DNA from: a bacterium
GTDB lineage: Bacteria; Electryoneota; Electryoneia; Electryoneales; Electryoneaceae
Assembly (NCBI GenBank): GCA_963675295.2
Contig: CAXXKJ010000002.1
Span: 2,272,001 to 2,336,000, forward strand
DNA: 64,000 nucleotides
Reading direction: 5' to 3'
A program made the position numbers and the translations under genes. Positions 11,498 to 19,131 of this stretch are shown here, one piece after another. Within the stretch, counting starts at the first letter, position 1, and the number at the start of each line of letters is the position of its first letter. The notes below the pieces were generated by a model. It ran no database searches and was not told the origin of the DNA. It saw only the letters and a list, made by a program, of their open reading frames with translations.

Positions 11498-12331
11498 ATG
11501 AGAGAAACACACGATTCCGAGGTCCAGCCAATTCTGGCGCAGATTCGTGCGCAGATTCCGGAACTACCGTCCATTGCGCTGATTACCGGCAGCGGGCTCG
11601 CCGGGTTGGCGGAGAATGTAAGCGGCGCGGTGACGATCCCGACCTCTGAGCTGGATGGCTATCCGAAGAGTACCGTTTCCGGGCACCCGGGACGATTGAT
11701 CTTCGGCCGGATCGACGACACGCCGGTGATGGTGGTGCAGGGACGGGTGCATTACTACGAAGGCTATCCGATGAGCCAGGTGGTGATGCCAACGCGTGTC
11801 GCGGCGGGCCTGGGTTGCAAGGCGATGATCCTGACGACGGCGTCCGGTGGAATCGGCGACCATCTGCAGCCGGGCGACCTGGTGCGGATTACCGATCAGA
11901 TCAATCTGATGGGAACGAATCCGCTGATCGGGCAGAAATGGGGCTACGACCAGTTTCCAGACATGACGCAGCCGTTCAACGCCACGCTCGGCGCGCTGCT
12001 GCACCGTGTCGCCGGCGAGCTGGGGATCGAGCTGAAGGAAGGCGTGTTCGGCGGGTTGACCGGTCCGAGCTACGAAACTCCGGCGGAAATCAAGTATCTC
12101 AAGCTGATCGGAGTGGACTCGGTGTCGATGTCGACGGTACCGGAGACGATTGCGGCCGCACGTCTGAAGCTGCCAGTGCTGGGGATTACGTACATCTCGA
12201 ATTTCGCCGCCGGGAAAACCGGGCAGCCGTTAACCCATGACGAAGTCACCGAGATGGGGGCGCAGGTGGGTGAAAAGTTCAGCCGTCTGCTGCGGAGTCT
12301 GATTCCAGTGATCCATCACGAGTTCGAGTAG
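11498..12331 (+). CDS. punA: Purine-nucleoside phosphorylase (trimeric PunA/XapA type)
   Basis: GSGL, VSGHPG, QGRVHYYEG, GPSYETPAE, MSTVPE. Confidence 0.93.
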   Translation: MRETHDSEVQPILAQIRAQIPELPSIALITGSGLAGLAENVSGAVTIPTSELDGYPKSTVSGHPGRLIFGRIDDTPVMVVQGRVHYYEGYPMSQVVMPTRVAAGLGCKAMILTTASGGIGDHLQPGDLVRITDQINLMGTNPLIGQKWGYDQFPDMTQPFNATLGALLHRVAGELGIELKEGVFGGLTGPSYETPAEIKYLKLIGVDSVSMSTVPETIAAARLKLPVLGITYISNFAAGKTGQPLTHDEVTEMGAQVGEKFSRLLRSLIPVIHHEFE

Positions 12332-12469
12332 ATACCGAATACTGATACTATTCTGGTATTCGCATACGTGCATCCTCGCTTCAGGTAACGAGTGAGGCGA
12401 ATCTCGGAAGCGGAGAGTATCAGAGGAGAAGGGTCGGTGGTAAATCGGAATTGACGTTGAAAAAAGGTA

Positions 12470-12584
12470 TGAGGTGTGAGGTTTGAGGTGTGAGTCACCC
12501 GGGGACACTTTCGGAGAAAGTGTCCCCGGCTGCATTTTCCGCTGAGGACGGTCGGCGACCACTGACCACTGACCACTGACCAAC
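12470..12584. repeat. Heptamer tracts (tgaggtg x3.5; gaccact x3 plus gaccaac) around a perfect 14-bp hairpin (12499-12529)
   Basis: Read directly; hairpin ccggggacactttc-gga-gaaagtgtccccgg recurs at 60580-60615 and, degenerate, at 58793-58825. Confidence 0.9.
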
Positions 12585-12678
12585 TAAACTTGGCTGCGGA
12601 CTGGGGTACGTGTCCCTCCGCCAGCAGGGATGGTCCGGAGGTGCCGAATAAGGGGTGTGGGGCGCTGGGTGGTTTGCT

Positions 12679-12785
12679 GCGTCCCTACAGGACGCGCCTG
12701 GAAGAGGGTAAAGAAAAGGCGTCAGGGGGGCGCCTGTTCGTGTGGCTGAAGCCACACGCTAACCTTGCTCCACCGCTACGCGGTG
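12679..12785. repeat. 107-bp REP-like element, copy 1
   Basis: gcgtccctacaggacgc - 42 nt - tcgtgtggctgaagccacacgctaacc - 6 nt - caccgctacgcggtg; second copy at 32149-32255. Confidence 0.9.
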
Positions 12786-12791
12786 TGACTA

Positions 12792-12838
12792 ACTGAGGAC
12801 TGAGGACTGAGGACTGAGGACTGAGGACTGAGGACTGA
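12792..12838. repeat. Perfect heptamer tandem repeat (actgagg)x6 plus a partial unit
   Basis: Read directly; tgactaa on both sides (12786-12792 and 12836-12842). Confidence 0.95.
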
Positions 12839-12862
12839 CTAAAGACCACTGCCAACCTTGCC

Positions 12863-13873
12863 TCAACTTCCAGTGATGGAAGCCCGTAGTTGTTGCACCA
12901 CGTTTGCCATATCGTCGGGTAAATCGGTCTCATAACGCACGTTTTCGCCGGTATCGGGGTGTGTGAACCCGAGCAAGCGGGCGTGCAGAGCCTGGCGTGG
13001 GAGTTGATCCAGCAGTTTGCGTCCGAGGTCGCGTTGGTAGGATGTCAGGCGCGCGAGACCGTGCATGCGGCCGCCGTACGTGGAATCGCCGAACACCGGG
13101 TGCCCACGGTGGGCGAGGTGGACGCGGATCTGGTGGGTGCGTCCGGTTTCGAGGCGTAACGCGACCAGTGTGATAAAGCCGAAGCGTTCGAGGACTTTCC
13201 AGTGGGTGACGGCGCGCCGTCCGCCGGACTCGAGCACGGCGAATTTCTTGCGGTTGCCGAGGTGACGTCCGAGCGACGCGTCTATGGTGCCGCGATCCTC
13301 ACGGATATCCCCCCATGCCAGCGCGACGTATTCCCGCTCGATGTCGTGATCGTGGAACTTGCGTCCCAGAACGGTCATCGCGTGGTCGTTGCGTGCGATC
13401 ACCATCACCCCGGAGGTGTCCTTGTCGAGGCGGTGGACGATGCCGGGCCGGTGGGTCGGTCCGCCGGGATTGGGCAGGTCGGCGTAACGGCCGAGCAGAG
13501 CGTTGACCAGGGTGCCGTCGCTGTGTCCGGCGGCGGGATGGACGACCATGCCTGCCGGTTTGTTGATCACGAGGATGTGGTTGTCCTCGTGCAGCACGTC
13601 CAGCGGGATGTCCTCCGGGCCTGCTGGCGGGCGTGGCGGATGAGGGAAAGTGACCTCAATGGTTGCGCCGCCGGGGACGATGGTGGACGCCTTCGCCGGG
13701 GACCCGTTGAGCAGCACGGCCTTTTCGGAAATCAGCTTCTGGACACGGTTTCGCGTGATTTTCGGCAGGCGGTTGGTGACGAGCACGTCCAGCCGTTCAG
13801 CGGCGGAATAGCCGTCCTCGACCTTCAGGGTGACGCGGTTGACGCCGTCTTCGGGGATCTCCGGTTTCTTCAT
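12863..13873 (-). CDS. rluD: RluA-family pseudouridine synthase (RluD-like, N-terminal S4 domain)
   Basis: RLDVLV, NKPAGMVVHP, HRLDKDTSG, LETGRTHQIRVH, RQALHA. Confidence 0.92.
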   Translation of the reverse strand: MKKPEIPEDGVNRVTLKVEDGYSAAERLDVLVTNRLPKITRNRVQKLISEKAVLLNGSPAKASTIVPGGATIEVTFPHPPRPPAGPEDIPLDVLHEDNHILVINKPAGMVVHPAAGHSDGTLVNALLGRYADLPNPGGPTHRPGIVHRLDKDTSGVMVIARNDHAMTVLGRKFHDHDIEREYVALAWGDIREDRGTIDASLGRHLGNRKKFAVLESGGRRAVTHWKVLERFGFITLVALRLETGRTHQIRVHLAHRGHPVFGDSTYGGRMHGLARLTSYQRDLGRKLLDQLPRQALHARLLGFTHPDTGENVRYETDLPDDMANVVQQLRASITGS

Positions 13874-14001
13874 GCCGCAAGGTGCGCACGACAGGCGGGG
13901 TGGGGCAAGCGCCGATACGGGTTCTCCGTCGAGGGGTACGCTTGCGGAACCCGGATGTGTGCTGCATTTTACGCGCTCCCCCCGTGACCGACGGACATGC
14001 G

Positions 14002-15222
14002 ATGAAACGACTGCTGCGAATCTTTGCCCTCCGTGATGATCTCTCCCGCGCGCTGATTGCGACGATGTTTTTCGGCGCGGCGGGCGGCATCGTTATGTCC
14101 ATTCTTAACAACTACTTGTCCGACGTGCATCAGTTGGACGCATCCTCCCGTGGTTGGCTCGAGTTCCCGCGTGAACTGCCTGGTTTTCTGATCATGTTCA
14201 TCGCCGGGGCGATGCTGACGGTGATGCGTGAAACGCGGATGGCGTCGATTGCGATGATTTTCACTGCGCTCGGCGGGTTGGGGCTGGCGTGGTGGTCGCC
14301 GGATGTGACGTGGCTGGTGGTGTGGATCATGGTCTGGTCGCTGGGGGATCATGTCATCTTCGCAGTCGAGGGGCCGATCGGGCTGAAGTTGGCGAAAAAA
14401 GGTGGGGAAGGGCGCCGGCTCGGGCATTTCGGCGGGTTCCGTAACCTCGGTCAAATTACCGGCGTCGGACTGATCTACCTACTCAGCAAGTGGATCGGGC
14501 CGCGGTACGATGTGTTCTTCAGCCTGATGGCGGTGGCTGCGTTGCTGGCGGGGGTGTTGTATGCGACGCTGAAGGTGGGGAACACGGACCAGAAGTCAAG
14601 ACGAATGGTGTTTCGCAAGCGGTACACCATTTTCTATGTGATCAGCGCGTTGTTCGGGATTCGGAAGCAGATATTCTTCGCGTTCGGGACATGGGTGCTG
14701 GTGTCGTTGCACGAGGTGCCGGTTTCGACGATTGCACTGCTGTATTTCATCGCGGCGACGCTGGGCGTGATCTTCCGGCCGTTGCTCGGGGATATTATCG
14801 ACTGGCTCGGGGAACGGGTGGTGCTGGCGGCGGACGAGGTGCTGCTGCTGATCATCTGCATGGCGTACGCGTTCGCTGGGGACCTGTTCGCGCCGAATGT
14901 GGCGTTGTACGTGCTGTACGGGGCATACGTGTTCGACAGTCTGCTGTTTGCACTGCGGATCGCGCGGACGACGTATCTGAAGAAGATTGCGGAGGATCCG
15001 TCCCACATTACCCCGACGATTTCGATGGGGATAACCATTGACCACGTGGTCGCGATGAGCCTGCCGGTGCTGTCCGGGTACATCTGGGAAGCGTACGGGT
15101 TCCGTTGGGTGTTTGTACTGGCTGGAACGATTGCGTTGGCGGGGTTCTTCGTGTGTCTGAAGATCCGTGTTCCGAAGGATGATGAGACGATGATTCCGGG
15201 GGCGACGAGTTCGGTTCGGTGA
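14002..15222 (+). CDS. MFS transporter
   Basis: About 12 hydrophobic segments; LEFPRELPG; GDIIDWLGER motif-A-like sequence. Confidence 0.85.
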   Translation: MKRLLRIFALRDDLSRALIATMFFGAAGGIVMSILNNYLSDVHQLDASSRGWLEFPRELPGFLIMFIAGAMLTVMRETRMASIAMIFTALGGLGLAWWSPDVTWLVVWIMVWSLGDHVIFAVEGPIGLKLAKKGGEGRRLGHFGGFRNLGQITGVGLIYLLSKWIGPRYDVFFSLMAVAALLAGVLYATLKVGNTDQKSRRMVFRKRYTIFYVISALFGIRKQIFFAFGTWVLVSLHEVPVSTIALLYFIAATLGVIFRPLLGDIIDWLGERVVLAADEVLLLIICMAYAFAGDLFAPNVALYVLYGAYVFDSLLFALRIARTTYLKKIAEDPSHITPTISMGITIDHVVAMSLPVLSGYIWEAYGFRWVFVLAGTIALAGFFVCLKIRVPKDDETMIPGATSSVR

Positions 15223-15230
15223 AAGGAAGG

Positions 15231-15291
15231 GGCTACGGACCGCGGACTGCGGTCGGCGGGGTGCGGATTAGCCCAGACATAAATGTCTGGG
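15231..15291. repeat. 31-bp dispersed repeat (15231-15261) plus cccagaca-TAAA-tgtctggg hairpin (15272-15291)
   Basis: The 31-mer matches the reverse complement of 60658-60688 with 2 mismatches; the hairpin recurs at 30918-30937. Confidence 0.85.
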
Positions 15292-15407
15292 GAACGTGCC
15301 CGCCGTCAGACGGTTGCTCGACTCGTTAAACGAGGAATAGTTCACTCGATTTGTAAGAACGAGGCGGGAAGTCCTCTCGTAGACTCGAGAACCAGAAGAA
15401 GCGCACT

Positions 15408-15441
15408 AAAAAACGCCGTCCCCGGGAAGGGAACGGCGTTT
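15408..15441 (-). terminator. Intrinsic terminator of the PGA operon
   Basis: aaacgccgt..acggcgttt stem with a 6-U tail on the minus strand, just past the stop at 15476. Confidence 0.7.
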
Positions 15442-15475
15442 GATGTTTGCTTCAGGTCAATCTCTCAGTCCGGCT

Positions 15476-16621
15476 TCACCACAGGCGATAGCTAAGGTTG
15501 AGAGAAGCGCGGAAGGCGTTAAAGTCCTTGCGTTCCTTGAGCCAGTCGACAGGAGAATCGGTGCGGCGGAATTCGTACTCGACGCTGGGCCCACCGTACA
15601 GGTTGCCGATGATCTTCGTTTTGGTTTCCAGTCCGAAACGCCAGTGGTTGTGTTCGCGGCCGGCGTGCACGGGGTCGTTGTCCACGCTGAGCTCGCTGTC
15701 GTAGAAACGGTGACGCAGGCGGGCGGACAGCGACAGATCAATGCGGTTGGGCAGCAGGTCGTACACGTTGAAATCGGCGACCAGTTCGAACCATTCCTCG
15801 CCGTAGGACCCATCACCATACTCGGAATCGGTCTGTCCCGGGTCGTTGGTGGAACCGGCCAAGTGCTGGTTAAATCCGACGTTATCGGACCAGCGGCGCT
15901 TGACGATACCGGTAAGCGTAACCACCTTGTTAACTTTATACCGCAGGTCGAAGCGCAGGCCCCAGCCTTCCGAATCGTATTCGGTGAAATATTTGTTGTA
16001 GTAGATGGTGAAGTACTCGTACCTCGCGCTGAGCCGCATGCCCTTCAGAAAGTCCGGCGAATACTGGATGCCGCCGCCGAGGAGATCGTAGTCGAACTGC
16101 GTGCCGATGATCTCACCGGAATCACGGTCGTAGTAGTCCCGCAGGTAGCGTTCCGGGATGTACAGGTAGCTGAAGAAGATGTCGGTGCGGTTGAGGATAT
16201 CGTGTGTGAAGTACAGGTTGTGGATCGGGCGGTCGTTGTACGAATTGTTCGCGAATGACAGGTAGTTGAACGAGTAGGAAATGCTGCCGTCTCGCCAGCC
16301 CCACAGTTTTGGCAGGCTCAGCCGGGCGTGCAGGCCGAGGCTCTGCACGAAATCATCGTAGGATTCAACGTCGGTCGCCAGCGGCAGTTCGCCGTTGTCG
16401 AAGCGGTCGATGTCTTCTTCCGACAGCTCGAGGATATTGCTGTCATATCCACCCTGATAGTTCAGGGTGAGGCTGGTTTCATCCTGCCAGTCCCAAGATT
16501 TTTCTTTCGCCGAAGCAGTGAAAACGAAAGCGCTGACGACCAGCAGCAGGCTCAGCAGAACCAGCAGGTTAATCCTGGATCGGGGAAGGACGTGCAGGTC
16601 AGCGTTGTTTCGTTTCACCAT
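15476..16621 (-). CDS. Putative outer-membrane beta-barrel protein (last gene of PGA operon)
   Basis: Signal peptide (LLVLLSLLLVVSAFVFTASA), GGYDSNI, many alternating aromatic/polar strands, C-terminal ASLNLSYRLW beta-signal. Confidence 0.75.
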   Translation of the reverse strand: MVKRNNADLHVLPRSRINLLVLLSLLLVVSAFVFTASAKEKSWDWQDETSLTLNYQGGYDSNILELSEEDIDRFDNGELPLATDVESYDDFVQSLGLHARLSLPKLWGWRDGSISYSFNYLSFANNSYNDRPIHNLYFTHDILNRTDIFFSYLYIPERYLRDYYDRDSGEIIGTQFDYDLLGGGIQYSPDFLKGMRLSARYEYFTIYYNKYFTEYDSEGWGLRFDLRYKVNKVVTLTGIVKRRWSDNVGFNQHLAGSTNDPGQTDSEYGDGSYGEEWFELVADFNVYDLLPNRIDLSLSARLRHRFYDSELSVDNDPVHAGREHNHWRFGLETKTKIIGNLYGGPSVEYEFRRTDSPVDWLKERKDFNAFRASLNLSYRLW

Positions 16622-17535
16622 TATTCCGCCTCCATGGCGAGATCGGATTCGGGGATGAAGAAGCGGAGAATGGCTTCGTACTCGTTCTCTGGCAGGTCGA
16701 AGGTGTAGGTGTGCGTGCCTGCCGGGACGTTGATGTAGAGGTCATCACCGCGTGATGGCCGGCGATCCGGATGGTCTGGCAGAATCGCGACATCGGACGC
16801 GGAGGTGTTGATCAGCACGGTGCGCTTGAGCACGTTGTCTTCGTAAATCGCCAGCGGGAACTTGATCTCGCGGCGCATATGGTCTTCCATCATCACACGG
16901 GTGAGGACCTTGATCACGGTTGGGCCGTTAACCGCGACTTCGAGGTTGCCCTTGGGGTCAACGCCGTAGTAAGTGAGCAGGTTTTCGCGGACGCTGACAT
17001 TCACCGGGTTGTTGTAGCGGCTCGGGGTGTAAACGACGAAGTTTTCCTGCTTGATGGTCTCGAAGCGGTCGCGCTGGACGCGGAAGAAGACCGGCATCGG
17101 CGCATCCTTGTCGAGCTTGATGTAGATGCGCTTGGCGGCTTTCGGGGTCTTTTTCTCGATGATGCGTTCGTCACCAGCGATACCGGGCTTACCGTCCAGT
17201 TCGACGTTATCGTCGGCGGTTGCGGCGCGTGCGAAGAGGTGCATGTTGCCTTCGTCGTAGCCGAGACGGAAGGTATAGACGACTTCGTTCTCATCTGCAT
17301 CGCGCATGTCGGCACGGGTAATGACCCGGATGTGATCGTGCTCGGCGATGTCGTAATACATCATCTTACCGGGCTTGAGCCGGTGGTAGACACGATCGTG
17401 GCCGGCGATGGTAAAACTGACGGGGTTCTCGTCTCCATCCGGCGCCAGGGTCACCCATTCAAACGCCTGGGCGGGGATAATCGCCGTGAAAAACAGAAAC
17501 AGCGCAAAAGCTACCAGTACAACGTTCTTCTTCAT
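16621..17535 (-). CDS. Hypothetical secreted/periplasmic protein with two tandem beta-rich repeats
   Basis: Sec signal MKKNVVLVAFALFLFFTAIIPAQA; internal repeat NPVSFTI..YHRL..IRVITRADM vs NPVNVSV..YYGV..IKVLTRVMM. Confidence 0.8.
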   Translation of the reverse strand: MKKNVVLVAFALFLFFTAIIPAQAFEWVTLAPDGDENPVSFTIAGHDRVYHRLKPGKMMYYDIAEHDHIRVITRADMRDADENEVVYTFRLGYDEGNMHLFARAATADDNVELDGKPGIAGDERIIEKKTPKAAKRIYIKLDKDAPMPVFFRVQRDRFETIKQENFVVYTPSRYNNPVNVSVRENLLTYYGVDPKGNLEVAVNGPTVIKVLTRVMMEDHMRREIKFPLAIYEDNVLKRTVLINTSASDVAILPDHPDRRPSRGDDLYINVPAGTHTYTFDLPENEYEAILRFFIPESDLAMEAE

Positions 17536-17552
17536 GGCTTCCTCGTGTACAA

Positions 17553-18686
17553 CTACAGCAGTGTATCCGGGTCTGCGCCCGGCCGGTCGAGCCGTTGGGT
17601 TCGACGGTCGAACAGTAGCACGATGATAAGGGTCGCGAGCACGATGAACAAGGCGGCGACGGTAATTGTCATGTTATAGCGGACTTCGCTGAAGAGCCGT
17701 CCAACACCGGGTTCCGGCAGCGGATTTGGTGACAGCGGCAGCCAGTAGGTGTCAGCAATTTGAGCGATGTTGACCACGTTGAGCACTGGAATACTGCGCA
17801 CATTCATTGCATGGATGACGCCACGACGTGGATAATTCAGCGCCGGGAGCCGGTCGATCAGACCTTCGCCGATGAGTTCGCTGTTGCGCGAGTATCCGAG
17901 GCTGACGACTCCACCGCCAATGTTGACATAGAGCCGGATCGACCGGTCTCCAGCGGCGTCATCGTACCACGCCATTCGCATGGCGACAGCTTCCTCGAGG
18001 TTTTCGTTGAACAGCAGGGGCAGCTTGTTGCGGTCGATGGCGTCATGCAGCAGTTCCCGTCCGCGTGGCGACAGCTGGCGGCCGATATCGTCCCCACCAC
18101 CGATGCTGGCGGCGATCGAACGCTGTTTCAGCATCCCGGCGTGGTGCAGGATGCTCTCCATATCGAGCCATGTGAAGTTCGGATCGTTGGCACCCCACGA
18201 CGATGCGCCGGTCGAGGTGATAACGATCGGTTCGAGGCCCATCGCCTGTGCGGCGGCATACATGGCGAGGTTCATGCCGGGCAGGGAGCCTGTCAGTCCG
18301 ACGGCGACAACATCACCGGAACGCAGGCCTGCCGAATGGAAGTAGTCGACCATGACGGCGGCCATGTTCGGATTCAGCGCGGTCCACTTGGCCTCGAGGT
18401 CACCGGTTTCGGTGGTGACCGGAGAGAATTGCTGTCCGATCAGGGTGGAGGCGTTTGGATCGTTGATATCGTCGAGGAACTCGATCTGCGGGAATTTTCG
18501 TGCGCGCAGGGTGTCCATGGCGGCGTCCATCCACTCGGCCGCGGCGAGTTTTTCCTCGTAGACGGGGGAGAGGCGGACCACGCGTGAGTGGTTGGCCCAG
18601 AGGTACATGACGAGCGAAACGATGGTGAGGACGGCGAGCGTCCAGCTTGACCGCATGGATGGGCGGAATCGGCGTGCCTTAGGCAA
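17553..18686 (-). CDS. pgsW: Poly-gamma-glutamate system protein (PgsW-like)
   Basis: N- and C-terminal TM helices; TTETGDLEAKWTALNPNMAA, GLTGSLPGMN, GASSWGANDP, SIGGGDDIG; follows pgsBC. Confidence 0.85.
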   Translation of the reverse strand: MPKARRFRPSMRSSWTLAVLTIVSLVMYLWANHSRVVRLSPVYEEKLAAAEWMDAAMDTLRARKFPQIEFLDDINDPNASTLIGQQFSPVTTETGDLEAKWTALNPNMAAVMVDYFHSAGLRSGDVVAVGLTGSLPGMNLAMYAAAQAMGLEPIVITSTGASSWGANDPNFTWLDMESILHHAGMLKQRSIAASIGGGDDIGRQLSPRGRELLHDAIDRNKLPLLFNENLEEAVAMRMAWYDDAAGDRSIRLYVNIGGGVVSLGYSRNSELIGEGLIDRLPALNYPRRGVIHAMNVRSIPVLNVVNIAQIADTYWLPLSPNPLPEPGVGRLFSEVRYNMTITVAALFIVLATLIIVLLFDRRTQRLDRPGADPDTLL

Positions 18687-19131
18687 GGAGCGTCCCTCCC
18701 ATGATAATCATCACCAGCAAGCGGACAACGACGGATGCGATGGTGACGGCGGCGATGGTTCGCAAGATGCCCTGGCGTTCAAACCAGTTCGCAATCAGGC
18801 CGGGAATGATGTAGCCGATGGCTTCGAGCCGGATATCGGAGGCGGCATAGACCGGATCCGCGACCAAGTTTCTCAGCGCGGCGCCGAAGATGAAGCCAAA
18901 CAGGATGGCGAGCACCAGGCGGCGTCGTCCGTAGATGAAGACGAACAGCGAGGTCAGTCTGACCGCGCCGAACGTGACGAATGCGACGACGAGTGTTCCG
19001 GCCAGGGTCCAGATGTTATTCAGGTTCAGCGCGATGTAGCCGGGAACGACGATACCGCCGGCGGCGACACCGAAGATCTCAGCGAATACGAGGCTGAACG
19101 CGACACCCAGACCGACCGCGATTTCAACCAT
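18679..19131 (-). CDS. pgsC: Poly-gamma-glutamate biosynthesis membrane protein PgsC/CapC
   Basis: 150-aa hydrophobic protein; AGGIVVPGYIAL, IYGRRR, IGYIIPGLIANW. Confidence 0.95.
   Translation of the reverse strand: MVEIAVGLGVAFSLVFAEIFGVAAGGIVVPGYIALNLNNIWTLAGTLVVAFVTFGAVRLTSLFVFIYGRRRLVLAILFGFIFGAALRNLVADPVYAASDIRLEAIGYIIPGLIANWFERQGILRTIAAVTIASVVVRLLVMIIMGGTLLA

Noticed and set aside
12230-12933. Small ORFs with SVVSGQW / SPQSSVL repeats
   Set aside because: Translations of heptamer DNA arrays, not genes.
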